This document shows, piece by piece, positions 1 to 9,764 of a stretch of DNA of 45,700 bases. The stretch covers positions 1 through 45,700 of IMG/VR virus record IMGVR_UViG_2563366840_000010, one strand, 5' to 3'. A model generated the notes under the pieces. The model saw only the letters and a list, made by a program, of their open reading frames with translations. It was not told the origin of the DNA and made no database searches. This DNA comes from a virus. Lineage: Duplodnaviria; Heunggongvirae; Uroviricota; Caudoviricetes. The stretch's first letter is position 1; the number at the start of each line of letters is the position of its first letter. The position numbers were made by a program, and so were the translations under genes.

Positions 1-1194
1 ATGATCACCGACACAAAGCTCAGGAAGGCGCTCGGCAAGAAAAGAGATGATATCGAGATTATTTCTGATTCGCACGGGCTCAACGCCAGAATCAGCCAGG
101 CCGGAAAAATATCATTTTTCTATCGGTATCGCTGGGCCGGTAAAGCGGTAAAACTCAATGTTGGTGATTATCCTGCAATGAGTATCACCCAGGCAAGAGA
201 GCGTCGCCAACAATTCAGAAACTGGTTAACTGAGGGACTGGATCCGCGAGAGCAGGTGAAGCTGGATAAGCAGACCCGACAGGAAGCGATGTCCGTTGCC
301 GAAGCGTTCAATTACTGGATTGAAAGGCACTGTATCGCTAACGGGCTAGTTAAAGTCGATTACTATCGCCAGGTGTTTGAGAAACATATCGCCGAACCGA
401 TGAAGAATGTCAAAGTCGATAACACAGCGAAAATGCACTGGATCAACGTCTTCGATTCTATAGAAAGCAGGGTGATGGCTCATTACATGCTTTCGCTGTG
501 CAAACGGGCGTTTAGGTTCTGCGTTAACAGAAGTGTGATCGCCTCAAACCCACTCGAGGGATTACTGCCATCTGATGTCGGGCAAAAGCCTAAAAAGAGA
601 ACTCGCAGGATGGACGATGACGATCTGCGCAAAATCTATCAGTGGTTGAAAAGCCATATGTCGATAGAGTCCGTTTTCCTGGTGAAATTTATTATGCTTA
701 CCGGATGCCGTACGGCTGAGATTCGACTTAGTGAGAGATCATGGTTTCGATTGGATGATAATGAGTGGGTCGTGCCTGCGGGCAGTTATAAAACTCGGGT
801 ACATATTAGAAGGGGACTCTCAGACGCCGCCGTTAACCTGGTCAGAAATCACCTCAAGAAAATAAACACCAATCACCTGGTGACTTCACAACGTAAAATT
901 GATGGCGGGATCAAAGATTCGCCCGTTCATTCACCTGTGGCATCCAATTACGCCCGTTCTATTTGGAATGGAACAGGTATGGCAGAGTGGTCGCTTCATG
1001 ATATGAGGCGGACGATAGCCACAAATCTCTCTGAGTTAGGTTGCCCGCCGCACGTAATTGAAAAGCTGCTCGGGCATCAGATGGTGGGGGTTATGGCGCA
1101 TTACAACCTTCATGACTATATCGATGATCAGAAACACTGGCTCCGCGTTTGGCAGAGCCATCTTGAAGAGATCATCGGAGAGCCCTTCAGTTAA
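1..1194 (+). CDS. int: phage integrase, tyrosine recombinase (397 aa)
   Basis: Complete ORF from ATG at 1; C-terminal region (HDMRRT...LLGH...MAHYNLHDY) fits the R-H-R-Y catalytic layout of tyrosine integrases. Confidence 0.9.
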
Positions 1195-1433
1195 TTTATC
1201 TTCTTTTTATCCTCCCACTCTTTGATTGACTCAGAGCGCCAGCGGTTAGGGTTGCCGGGCCAGTCAGGGGGTGGGAACGGGCATACGAAGCCCCGAGGCA
1301 TTGTGTCTGCACTTTGCCATGACCAAAGGGTTTTGCGTGAAATTTTGTAGCGACTGGTCAGGTCTGACGTTACCAAAATATCATCCATAGCTCTCTCCAG
1401 TTGCCCGTTCGGGCCATTCAAAATCTTTTTCAA
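1191..1433 (-). CDS. putative excisionase-like DNA-binding protein (80 aa)
   Basis: Small ORF convergent with int; FVCPFPPP segment resembles the FPPP motif of lambda Xis; position next to int. Confidence 0.5.
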
Positions 1434-1672
1434 CCAACCTGCCCGGGCAGGGAGCGGAGACGGCGCATGCCGGTCATCGCTGTGGCCACGTAGCTCGCCT
1501 TTCGGTTCACCACCTCCACCCAGACTTTCACGCCTTCAACCTTCACCGTATAAGTCTCTTTCATCTTGCTTCGCCCATAGTCGCCATATGTTTGCAAGTG
1601 AGCTGCCAGCGCGATGTCGCATGCTTGGCGAGCTAAAGGTGATTGCTTACTTCCTCGATTGATCAGTCGCAT
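1430..1672 (-). CDS. hypothetical small phage protein (80 aa)
   Basis: ORF with AGGAG 5 nt upstream of ATG at 1672; stop overlaps the xis-like start (operon-like). Confidence 0.45.
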   Translation of the reverse strand: MRLINRGSKQSPLARQACDIALAAHLQTYGDYGRSKMKETYTVKVEGVKVWVEVVNRKASYVATAMTGMRRLRSLPGQVG

Positions 1673-1710
1673 ATAATCTCCTTGAGGGAGGGGTACCCCT
1701 CCCGGTTTCG

Positions 1711-2829
1711 TCAGGCCACGTATTCCGGTTTCATATCCGCCAGGGTGATGCTGAATTGATCGTGCAGTTCATCGCCTAAGTGACGCTTTGAAGATGCAAG
1801 CATGCGCTCGGCTTCAGCGAACCGTTCGGCTGCATGCGGCTCGTCGGGCTGGGGCAGGGATTTAATAGCCTCCTCAACCTTGTTGCGTGCATCCACTAGG
1901 TAATAACGCTTTACGGCTTTGTTTTTCAGCTCGGTGAATAGTGCGGATCCCAGCGTAGCTTTCGCCGTTTCAATGTCGGCACGCAGCGATTTGGCGCTAT
2001 CCACGTCCTGAGCAGATTCGATGCGTTCGCGGAAATCATCGGCAAGAGAGTCGACATTTACCGACGATTCCTGTGCGCTTTGCGTGGTTGTGACGGTGTC
2101 ACCTGAGATATCAGCCAGGCTAACGCGTTGCGGCGTTGGGTTGATCTCTTTTTCTGTGCGCTGTTCAATCTCATCAGGGGTGTACACACCAAGAACAACT
2201 GCAGGGCAATATAGGCGCGCCCAGTATTTGAGTGCCAGATAAGCGATCTGCTGTTTCGGGTTTGATACCCAAAGTGGAGAATTACGTGTGATTACGCTGG
2301 AGAGGAAAACAGGCTCTCCCCAGGTGATATCACTTTCACCGCGAATAACGGCACCTACCCGTACCGACAGTCCTTGTTCATCAGCACTTTCCCAACCGCG
2401 TACCATTTCTTTCTTGTCGTACGTCCCGCCACCTTTCGCAGGCTTTTTAACGGTTATCTCGCGGCTGCTGGCACATTTCGACCAGTCGCCCTCGTACTCA
2501 TAGTGAAAGCGGCCAACGATGGCGTTTGAGCTGGAGATCACCGCATTAACCAGTTGCGCTTCGTATCCCAGGACACCGTTAACCAGGTGCGTCTTTTGCG
2601 CCACGGCGTAAGGGTTCATACCCCACTGCATCGCCTGCATGATGATGGCCATGCAGTCTGCCGGATTGCCGCGGAGGTGCTCAGGCACCGTTACGGCTGC
2701 CTGTGCCATCAACCCGGCGACAGACTGAAGCTGGGTTAAAGCCTGCACGTTGAAAATGGCATTGCTGGCTGAGATCGTGTTTGGAGTCTGCTGTTCAGCG
2801 GTTACGATATTCGTGTTTTCCATCATCAT
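1711..2829 (-). CDS. recT: RecT-like single-strand annealing recombinase (372 aa)
   Basis: Start overlaps the stop of the upstream RecE-like gene as in recET operons; central region has RecT-like character by eye; family call is from motif recollection only. Confidence 0.65.
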   Translation of the reverse strand: MMMENTNIVTAEQQTPNTISASNAIFNVQALTQLQSVAGLMAQAAVTVPEHLRGNPADCMAIIMQAMQWGMNPYAVAQKTHLVNGVLGYEAQLVNAVISSSNAIVGRFHYEYEGDWSKCASSREITVKKPAKGGGTYDKKEMVRGWESADEQGLSVRVGAVIRGESDITWGEPVFLSSVITRNSPLWVSNPKQQIAYLALKYWARLYCPAVVLGVYTPDEIEQRTEKEINPTPQRVSLADISGDTVTTTQSAQESSVNVDSLADDFRERIESAQDVDSAKSLRADIETAKATLGSALFTELKNKAVKRYYLVDARNKVEEAIKSLPQPDEPHAAERFAEAERMLASSKRHLGDELHDQFSITLADMKPEYVA

Positions 2830-2834
2830 TCCCC

Positions 2835-5800
2835 TTATGCCTGAGTACGCAGCGCTTCAAGGCGGCGCAGGTCGAAGTCGTTCAGTTCGTCGGTGTAGTC
2901 AGCAGTGATTGGCGCTGGCCATTCACCTGTGTCGAATCCGGTTGCGATATTGCGCATCGCTTTGCGGTACTCGAGCATACCCAGCTCCAGTAGTTCAGCG
3001 GATGCCTCGATGATGGCGATCCAGTGGTAGTTCTCGTCTTTGTTGACGAAAATCCAGAAGAACTGATCCAGCGCTGCGGTTTCGCAGTACATAGCCGCGC
3101 TCAGGTGATAATCACGTTCAATAATTTCCCGGTGTAGCCTGGCGCGCAGGCTTTCCTGCTTAACATTCCACATGCTGATGGTTTTCAGGTCTGCACCTAT
3201 ACGCACGCCATCCAGGTCGATCTCAAGGTCAGGGCGCACACGAACTTCCAAGCCCGTCTCCTCGTCAAAACCAAAGTAGCTCACCTCAACGGCTCGGCTA
3301 GGGTGGGTCAGCAGCATGCCGGCGGTCGGGTGTGCCAGAAGCGCTTTTTGAATATTCAGCGCGGTGCTCAGCTGCTGGCGGGTGACCAGCACTTTTCCTT
3401 CCGGGTTATCGCGCCAGGCATCCAGCAGTTCGTCGGCAAATACGGCATCTGGTTTGACTGCCTTCACGGCCTGGATCATGTCTGCTTTGGTACCGGACAC
3501 TTTCAGTGGTGCCGGTTTCTGTGCTTCCTGAGCCACAAGGTCAGGGTTGATGATTGCCAACTGCTCCAGTAGCGCGTCACGGCTGCCGCTGGTTTTAACC
3601 GGCGGCGGCAGGGTGGCGTTGTACTCTTTAATGCATGCCTTCATTGCCGTCGCCGTCTGCTTCTGGTCACCATCAATACGCTGGAAGTCAGCTGGCAGCG
3701 CCATATAGTTCTGTGCCGTTTCTTCCAGGTTAGCGCCAAGCGGAACCTGCGGCGGCAGGGTGGCGTTGTACTCTTCCAGTAACACCTTGATGTCGTCGGC
3801 AGACAGCAGCGCCGGCAGGCTGGCATTGTGCTCATCGATAAAGGCGCGCAGGGTCGCGGCCGTTGTGAATGCGCCTTCAGGGATCACCGGTTCAACGCTG
3901 AATTCTGCGTCCAGTAGTTCAGGCTGCAACGCCAGCGCATGCACCAAGTTGCCCATGTCCAGCACCGCTGAGCGCTCTTTGACGATGGTTTTCTCTACGT
4001 GGCGCGCATTGAAGTACATCAGCGAAACGCGCGCATCTTTCACCTGGGTTGAGCTGATGCCGTTGGCGGCGTGGTAAACCTCGTTTGGCAGCCCTTCATA
4101 GCGGCCTGGCTCGAAATAAGCGGGATAAACAACAGCTGGTTCGTCAGATTGCGCTTCTGGCTCGGTTTGTGCTGCAACTGGTTCGGTTTGGCTTACAGAA
4201 TCGCTATTTTTGGCGACAGAATCCGTATTCTGGTTTACATCGTCCTTCTGGCTGGTATCTGACTCTTCACCAGACTCCAGACTGCTTTCGCCTGGCTGTA
4301 CTTCATCACCAGCTTGTTTTTCATCACTGACAGTTTCTTGAACCTGCACATTGCTGGTGGTCTCCGAAGCCTTTTTCGTGCCATGAGTTGCTGAGTTCTG
4401 CAGCAAAGCCGTAACGTCGAATATTCCGTTGCCGACATTTTTAACCAGTTCTTGTTCGACTTTCTGCGGTTGTGCTGCCGCTTCCTCTGCGCGGCGGCGT
4501 GCTCCTTCTTCACGCACGCGTTGCAGGTTCTCTTCGTGAGTGCAGAAGGATTTGCGCGGAGACTCCTTACCTTCAGGTTGGGGAATTTCCTGTGCTGCGG
4601 GTTCAGCCTCATGCAACGGCAATAACTCGACCGCGGAATTGAACGCGGCTGTCATGGTCTGGTTAACAAATTCCAGGTGAGCGACAGGAGTTAAATGAAT
4701 ATTTTCCGGTGCGATACGTACCAGGTTAAAAATAGCCGTGCGGTTAACACCCAGAACGCCTGGCTGATTGCGCAGGATGTTGCTCCATGATTTCCATGGT
4801 TCTTCTTTTTTGGTCACGATTTCTTTAGCGCGACGAAGAATGCTGCCCGGGATCTCGAAGTGGTTGAAGTCCATAGGCAGAAGGGCACACGCAATCTCTA
4901 AATCGAGAGTGTCCAGTGTGTGGTGTGCGTCAGGTCCACGGTCAGTGACGTAACCGCCGTCGGCATTAGTGCCGGAATCAGTACGCTGCACACTACTGAT
5001 GCGATTACCGGCGGCCCATTCGCGAACGAGGATACCGCGGTCGATGTGAACTGTAGCGAACCACAATTTCAAAAACTGGATTAAGGTTGCGAGTTCAGGG
5101 ATTTTTCCATCGACAGGGAAGACTTTCTTAACGGCATTCACGACTTTATGAATATCGTGCTCAATGGCTTTTTTGAATGCTTCCACATTCTCAGCTGCCA
5201 GCAGCAGGTTCTGGACGTACGCGTCATCGGTGTCCATCTCAAGGCGGACAATCTCATTTTTCTGCCCTGCGTCGATGTGATAGAGATATTCACCATCACC
5301 GATGAACTGAGCCAGTACGCGCTGGCGGAATGGCAGGGTGGCAACAACGATCAGGTTCGGTTGCTGTGTCTGCTGGGATTGCTCTTCGGTATCGACTTCA
5401 CCATCAACGACGCCACCTTCTGCCCGGCCGTTCTCGTCGGTCTGGATACCGTCCTCAACAGTGAGATCTTGACCCGTTGTAACGTCAGCAGCGTTGCTGG
5501 TTTCAGTTTTGAGCAACTGCAACTTACCACTGCGCCAGTCTTCTACCAGTTGATTGCGGTCACCGGCATCGGTGTTCACCCAGTCAGACATGAATGCAGC
5601 GATCAATCTTGGTTCGTGCTCTTCGTCTGGTGTGAAAATGTCCTTAACCGCCCGAATCATTTTCCACTCAGCATTCAGGCTGAGTTTGGCGGTCGCGGGC
5701 ACATCGTTCCTTGCCACAAGCAGGCTATGGAGATATGTATTGCCTTCATCCAGTGACATTTCGCTGGCAGCCAACTGCTGCTCTTTAGTGACGTGGGTTT

Positions 5801-6224
5801 GGTATTTATCGTTCATCAGATGGACGGCAAAGCGGACCGCTGGAGTACGGTTTTCAACCGGGACAATTTCGGACGCAGTCGCATCTTCAACGATTACGGT
5901 CGGAGTAGGTGTGTAGGGGGCGTCAACGGAACCAGTAGACACACCAGCGGCTTTTGGCAGCCAGGTGCGCCCATCGTCCTGAAGCTCGTAGCGATCACAC
6001 CAGGTAAAATCAACTTCACCTTCTTTCGGCAGGCCGTCGACAACTGGGAAATCAGTGCGAATCGGTTTGGCGTAGTCCTTACCCCGACCTGTTTCGATAC
6101 CTGCATCTTCCAGCGCAACATCCAGCATCAGATTGGCGCGAGCCTCGGTTTTAGCAGTGAACCAGACCACTGCATCTTGCTTTCCGGATTTCTGAGTGGC
6201 TTTAACCACATTAAAGAATTCCAT
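2835..6224 (-). CDS. recE: RecE-like exodeoxyribonuclease VIII (1129 aa)
   Basis: N-terminal DFPVVDGLPKEGEVDFTW, mid GNRISSVQRTDSGTNADGGYVTDRG and C-terminal nuclease-domain region GLPNEVYHAANGISSTQ resemble E. coli Rac RecE as I recall it; sits directly upstream of the recT-like gene. Confidence 0.85.
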   Translation of the reverse strand: MEFFNVVKATQKSGKQDAVVWFTAKTEARANLMLDVALEDAGIETGRGKDYAKPIRTDFPVVDGLPKEGEVDFTWCDRYELQDDGRTWLPKAAGVSTGSVDAPYTPTPTVIVEDATASEIVPVENRTPAVRFAVHLMNDKYQTHVTKEQQLAASEMSLDEGNTYLHSLLVARNDVPATAKLSLNAEWKMIRAVKDIFTPDEEHEPRLIAAFMSDWVNTDAGDRNQLVEDWRSGKLQLLKTETSNAADVTTGQDLTVEDGIQTDENGRAEGGVVDGEVDTEEQSQQTQQPNLIVVATLPFRQRVLAQFIGDGEYLYHIDAGQKNEIVRLEMDTDDAYVQNLLLAAENVEAFKKAIEHDIHKVVNAVKKVFPVDGKIPELATLIQFLKLWFATVHIDRGILVREWAAGNRISSVQRTDSGTNADGGYVTDRGPDAHHTLDTLDLEIACALLPMDFNHFEIPGSILRRAKEIVTKKEEPWKSWSNILRNQPGVLGVNRTAIFNLVRIAPENIHLTPVAHLEFVNQTMTAAFNSAVELLPLHEAEPAAQEIPQPEGKESPRKSFCTHEENLQRVREEGARRRAEEAAAQPQKVEQELVKNVGNGIFDVTALLQNSATHGTKKASETTSNVQVQETVSDEKQAGDEVQPGESSLESGEESDTSQKDDVNQNTDSVAKNSDSVSQTEPVAAQTEPEAQSDEPAVVYPAYFEPGRYEGLPNEVYHAANGISSTQVKDARVSLMYFNARHVEKTIVKERSAVLDMGNLVHALALQPELLDAEFSVEPVIPEGAFTTAATLRAFIDEHNASLPALLSADDIKVLLEEYNATLPPQVPLGANLEETAQNYMALPADFQRIDGDQKQTATAMKACIKEYNATLPPPVKTSGSRDALLEQLAIINPDLVAQEAQKPAPLKVSGTKADMIQAVKAVKPDAVFADELLDAWRDNPEGKVLVTRQQLSTALNIQKALLAHPTAGMLLTHPSRAVEVSYFGFDEETGLEVRVRPDLEIDLDGVRIGADLKTISMWNVKQESLRARLHREIIERDYHLSAAMYCETAALDQFFWIFVNKDENYHWIAIIEASAELLELGMLEYRKAMRNIATGFDTGEWPAPITADYTDELNDFDLRRLEALRTQA

Positions 6225-6355
6225 GTGAGATCCTCATTTTTGGGTGTTAGAATCCCCGGACCATTGATAGCGCCCATTGGGTTAACTTTGGTTTTAATGT
6301 TGTTTCCGGTGTAACTTTGGTCGGTACCACCGGAGCCTTTCAGCATTGCGCTGGG

Positions 6356-6859
6356 TTATGAATTCCTGGCAAATGAACCATGATTCGCTTTGCGGAAGTC
6401 GCGTATTGCTTCCGCAGCCTTTTCTAATTCAATAAAAGTTCCTACCGTGAATCTTTTGCCATTAACTCGGCACATGGCTGTCCAGCGTTGTTTCCCTTTG
6501 TGCCAATAAACTCCTTTCACTCCGCTCGTATTATTTTTCTGAAGCGGTTTATTGAAGTTATTCTGTGAGCAAGTAGCCTCGCGGAGATTCTCCAGCCTGT
6601 TGTCAGAGCAATTTCCATTCACATGGTCAATCTGGTCTTCAGGCCATTTTCCGTGTGTATAAAGCCAGGCCAAGCGGTGTGCTCTGTATTTCTTTCCATC
6701 GATGATGATTCGTACATAGCCGCGCGTATCTAAATTTCCAGCAAAATCACCTGCGGTTATCCGTCCGCGATTTTTGAGCCATGTGAATGCTCCTGTTTCA
6801 GGCGAGTAGCTGAGCAATTCCTTCAGTCGTGCCAGTGATAATTTTTCTCGCATATTCAT
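6356..6859 (-). CDS. HNH endonuclease with AP2-like DNA-binding domain (~167 aa from internal ATG; ORF extends to 6913)
   Basis: HNH motif region DHVNGNCSDNRLENLREATCSQNN plus GVKGVYWHKGKQRWTA..EKAAEAI AP2-type segment. Confidence 0.8.
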   Translation of the reverse strand: MNMREKLSLARLKELLSYSPETGAFTWLKNRGRITAGDFAGNLDTRGYVRIIIDGKKYRAHRLAWLYTHGKWPEDQIDHVNGNCSDNRLENLREATCSQNNFNKPLQKNNTSGVKGVYWHKGKQRWTAMCRVNGKRFTVGTFIELEKAAEAIRDFRKANHGSFARNS

Positions 6860-6864
6860 CACCG

Positions 6865-7026
6865 TTAGCCTTCGTGAGCCATCTGGTCGTGCGAAGCGCA
6901 ACGTTTGGAGCAATACTCTTTTTCTTTGCGCGCCAGCTGTGAGCCGTTGCGATAGAGAAGGGTGCTCTTGATTACTTCCTCCGTTTTAACCGGCTTGCCG
7001 CAATATCCGCATTTCTTGTCTAACAT
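6865..7026 (-). CDS. small zinc-ribbon protein (53 aa, CxxC...CxxxC)
   Basis: Unlisted short ORF MLDKKCGYCGKPV...CSKRCASHDQMAHEG; GGAGG 7 nt upstream of the ATG; fits between two co-oriented genes. Confidence 0.5.
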   Translation of the reverse strand: MLDKKCGYCGKPVKTEEVIKSTLLYRNGSQLARKEKEYCSKRCASHDQMAHEG

Positions 7027-7037
7027 GACATCCTCCG

Positions 7038-7388
7038 CTAGTGGCTGAGTCCATGCCCCAGACCGTTCAGATAAACTTCAACCAGCAAATCCTTGGTGTA
7101 AGTCATTTCTACGCCGCGATGCAGATACAAACGTCCGCGAGCGTTAGCTGATGCCGTCCAGGTTGAGTCTTTGTGTTTGACGAGCATCCCCGGCTGAACT
7201 GCGCCGCGGTTTACTGTCTGTGTACCGTAGTGCTGATGAACCATGATGTTCTCCAGTTTTTCTGAGTGAACTTCGCTGGTGGTGCCGCGGCGCTGATCTT
7301 CACAGTTGAGCGTTTTAACTCTGCAATTCACCACCGCGAAGCTCACTTCTGTGTTTGCCCTTGTCGCCAGGCTGGCGGAACGTTTCAA
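7038..7388 (-). CDS. hypothetical protein (116 aa ORF; alternative start at 7244 gives 68 aa with a better RBS)
   Basis: First gene downstream of the putative pL-like promoter; no recognisable motifs. Confidence 0.35.
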   Translation of the reverse strand: MKRSASLATRANTEVSFAVVNCRVKTLNCEDQRRGTTSEVHSEKLENIMVHQHYGTQTVNRGAVQPGMLVKHKDSTWTASANARGRLYLHRGVEMTYTKDLLVEVYLNGLGHGLSH

Positions 7389-7493
7389 ACCTACTGCGCG
7401 TTAATATCACCACCTCATTCCGGTTTTCGTATGCCCCGGACGGCTACTTCGTGGGCTCCATGCCTGGGTGGTTCGTGGTGCGTCTTGGTGAGT

Positions 7494-7523
7494 TAGATTA
7501 AATCACTGGTTTATATATATGTC
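7494..7523 (-). promoter_or_regulatory. putative leftward early promoter (pL-like): TTGACA-17-TTTAAT on the minus strand
   Basis: Reverse complement of 7518..7523 is TTGACA, of 7495..7500 is TTTAAT; overlaps an operator-like site. Confidence 0.45.
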
Positions 7524-7562
7524 AACTTAAGGTTGGTGTTAATTGTAAATCTGAGGTTTATG
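7496..7562. promoter_or_regulatory. two operator-like sites (oL): TAAAT-N5-GTTTAT at 7496..7514 and 7544..7562
   Basis: Same motif recurs twice between cI-like and cro-like genes. Confidence 0.45.
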
Positions 7563-7599
7563 TGGCTGGGTTTTGTGACACGTCTGCAGAATCGCAGGC

Positions 7600-7640
7600 A
7601 AAAAAAATCCCGACGCTAAGGTCGAGATCGGGGACTTCGT
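7600..7640 (-). terminator. intrinsic terminator (hairpin + T8 on minus strand)
   Basis: Reverse complement reads CCCGA..TCGGG stem followed by TTTTTTTT. Confidence 0.5.
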
Positions 7641-7680
7641 GGCTGGGTGTTGGCGGCTGAGATGGTGGGTGAGGGTGTAA

Positions 7681-7712
7681 AAAACCCGGCGCTGTGGCCG
7701 GGTTTTTTCATT
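7681..7712 (-). terminator. intrinsic terminator, bidirectional (CCCGGC-gctgtg-GCCGGG flanked by A/T runs)
   Basis: aaaaaCCCGGCgctgtgGCCGGGtttttt; downstream of the AT-rich gene on the minus strand. Confidence 0.7.
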
Positions 7713-7832
7713 ACTGCTGGTTAAATCCTTTCGGCGAGTGCTGCTGTTCTTTATTACCAAATTTTTGATTTACAATGATTTTATAAGCGTTATTGAGAGC
7801 TTGCTTTATAGACATTAATATCTCCTTATGTG

Positions 7833-9236
7833 TTATTGACGATTAAAGTAGTTAGAGTTTAGCTCTTTAGGGAAGTAGTGTTTACGATTTACCCAAACAA
7901 ATCCATCAACTTTTGATATCACAGCGACATCAACAGGCCCACCGACAGTTTCATAATCATGTGATACTTTTCTTTTGAATGCAGTGATGTTCACTAATGA
8001 TTCGGCCATATACGCAAGATCTGCCTTCCCAAGTGATTGCAACATCGATATCATTTTATTTGTATGGTTATTAACAATATAGCTTTCAAGTTTAGTATCG
8101 TGATCTTGTAAAAGTACGTTTTTGAGTTCCTCAATTTCACTGGAGAAGTGATTGGCTAGTACTCCATTGTTCATTGCAGGGAAAATATTGCTAGAAACAT
8201 AATGATTAAGCCGATCAAAAACTTCCTCTGTAAGAGTTCTGTTAAAATTAATGATGTTAGGGTTGCACCCATCAATGAAAGTTACTACTTCATCTTCTTG
8301 AGCAAATGGTATAACAAACCCCATATTGGTTACCTCATTATGGGATTTATCATCAATATTATGGATCATCAATTTGTTTTTAAAAATGCCGTAGATATGA
8401 AGAGTGCAAATGGAAGGGTAATATTCTTCCTCTCCATAACCTGTTATAACAATCCCTGAATATGTACGACTAGCATGGACTTTGAAAATTAAACAAGTGG
8501 AATATAATATGACTTTTTCCATAAGCTCTTGCTGTATATTTTCACAGTTATCAAGAACAATAATTGATGAAATGTATGGCGATATTAAATCTTGTATATA
8601 TGCTAAAGCATCATTAAACTCTTCTGTATCAAACCCTTCGAAAAAGAGATTATTCCTTAAGATTCCTATCTCTAAATCAAAGGCTTGCTTAACTATGTTT
8701 TGAAAAATAACATTGTCGAGTTCAACGGCGGGGTTCATTGTTAAATAGTTTACTACATTATTATCATTAATGTATCTCATCAAACCTTTGAGGTTATCAA
8801 CAACAAGGTTTATAACGCAAGCCTCTCTCATTTCATTTGTTATAAGGTCTGAGTTACCATTGATGAATTTTACAAAGTCATTAACATATTCTTTAATGGT
8901 AGGGAAACTAGTTTTCCCCAATTGTTTTCTATAGGATTTAATTATAAGTTCCCACGGTGCGCCACCCAGTGTCGCATTATTATAAATCATGATCCCCACG
9001 GGATGGTGTTTAGATAGTTCGAATAGTTTTTCCGCACTATTATTTATTTTTACTAATCTATTATGCTCTGTGGTGACTGCAGAGTCAGCAGCAAGGGCGA
9101 TTCCAGTATTATTTATTACAACAATCTCAGCTGTCATTGCAAAACATCCCGTGTAGTAGTGATAAATATTAATTAAATTGATAGTTTTTTTCAATCTAAC
9201 ATAAATGGCGGAATCACCCCCCAGTAAAGACATCAT
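7833..9236 (-). CDS. AT-rich accessory (moron) protein with proteasome-beta/HslV-like motifs; likely true start at 9137 (434 aa)
   Basis: Long ORF co-oriented with and 43 bp downstream of the repressor gene; visibly AT-rich; internal start gives MTAEIVVINNTGIALAADSAVTT; C-terminal VGGPVDVAVISKVDGFVWV. Confidence 0.7.
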   Translation of the reverse strand: MMSLLGGDSAIYVRLKKTINLINIYHYYTGCFAMTAEIVVINNTGIALAADSAVTTEHNRLVKINNSAEKLFELSKHHPVGIMIYNNATLGGAPWELIIKSYRKQLGKTSFPTIKEYVNDFVKFINGNSDLITNEMREACVINLVVDNLKGLMRYINDNNVVNYLTMNPAVELDNVIFQNIVKQAFDLEIGILRNNLFFEGFDTEEFNDALAYIQDLISPYISSIIVLDNCENIQQELMEKVILYSTCLIFKVHASRTYSGIVITGYGEEEYYPSICTLHIYGIFKNKLMIHNIDDKSHNEVTNMGFVIPFAQEDEVVTFIDGCNPNIINFNRTLTEEVFDRLNHYVSSNIFPAMNNGVLANHFSSEIEELKNVLLQDHDTKLESYIVNNHTNKMISMLQSLGKADLAYMAESLVNITAFKRKVSHDYETVGGPVDVAVISKVDGFVWVNRKHYFPKELNSNYFNRQ

Positions 9237-9278
9237 TGTCTCATGGGAACTAAAAATTCAGGACAAACCTAAAGCGAT

Positions 9279-9662
9279 TCAGTCCCCCTGCGAGCGAATC
9301 CGCCCCTTCATGTACTTCTCGTACAGCTCATCTAACTCTTTCAGGCGAAGCGCAAAAATGCGGAGCATGTTCTGCTGCTCTTCTTCCGGTAACTGGCGGT
9401 AGAGCTCGAGCAAACGCTGTTCGTCCGGTTTGAGACCGTCTTTCTCTCCAACGTCTTCACCGAGTAGCCAGGCGACAGAAATACCAACAGCGTCGGCTAT
9501 GGCCAGTGCCGATTTCTTACTAATCACGCCTTTTTTGAACCAGCCGTTTACGGCCTGAGGGGTGACTCCAGCTATTCTTGCCATGTCTGCTTTGGTAACG
9601 CCGCGATCAGTGATCTCAGTAAGGCGCTCCACCAGAACGAGGTTGGGTTCTTCTTTTCTCAT
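9279..9662 (-). CDS. CI-like prophage repressor, HTH-XRE type, no peptidase domain (127 aa)
   Basis: HTH segment KADMARIAGVTPQAVNGWFKKG; divergent from cro-like gene; the listed 217-aa ORF is an upstream extension without RBS. Confidence 0.8.
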   Translation of the reverse strand: MRKEEPNLVLVERLTEITDRGVTKADMARIAGVTPQAVNGWFKKGVISKKSALAIADAVGISVAWLLGEDVGEKDGLKPDEQRLLELYRQLPEEEQQNMLRIFALRLKELDELYEKYMKGRIRSQGD

Positions 9663-9670
9663 ATGGTCAT

Positions 9671-9736
9671 TGTAAATATTTGGTTTATGCACGCAATAAA
9701 TCCAAAGTTTGCATGAAGTATAAATCTGTGGTTTAC
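9671..9736. promoter_or_regulatory. oR-like operator region: TGTAAATatttgGTTTATG (9671..9689) and TATAAATctgtgGTTTAC (9719..9736) plus divergent promoters
   Basis: Repeated sites matching the oL copies; candidate pR TTGCAT-17-TTTACT upstream of cro. Confidence 0.5.
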
Positions 9737-9764
9737 TTCTGCTATCAATAAGCAGGAGAAGCAC

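Noticed and set aside
3303-5916. Plus-strand ORFs of 89-202 aa inside recE
   Set aside because: Antisense to the RecE-like gene; no RBS.
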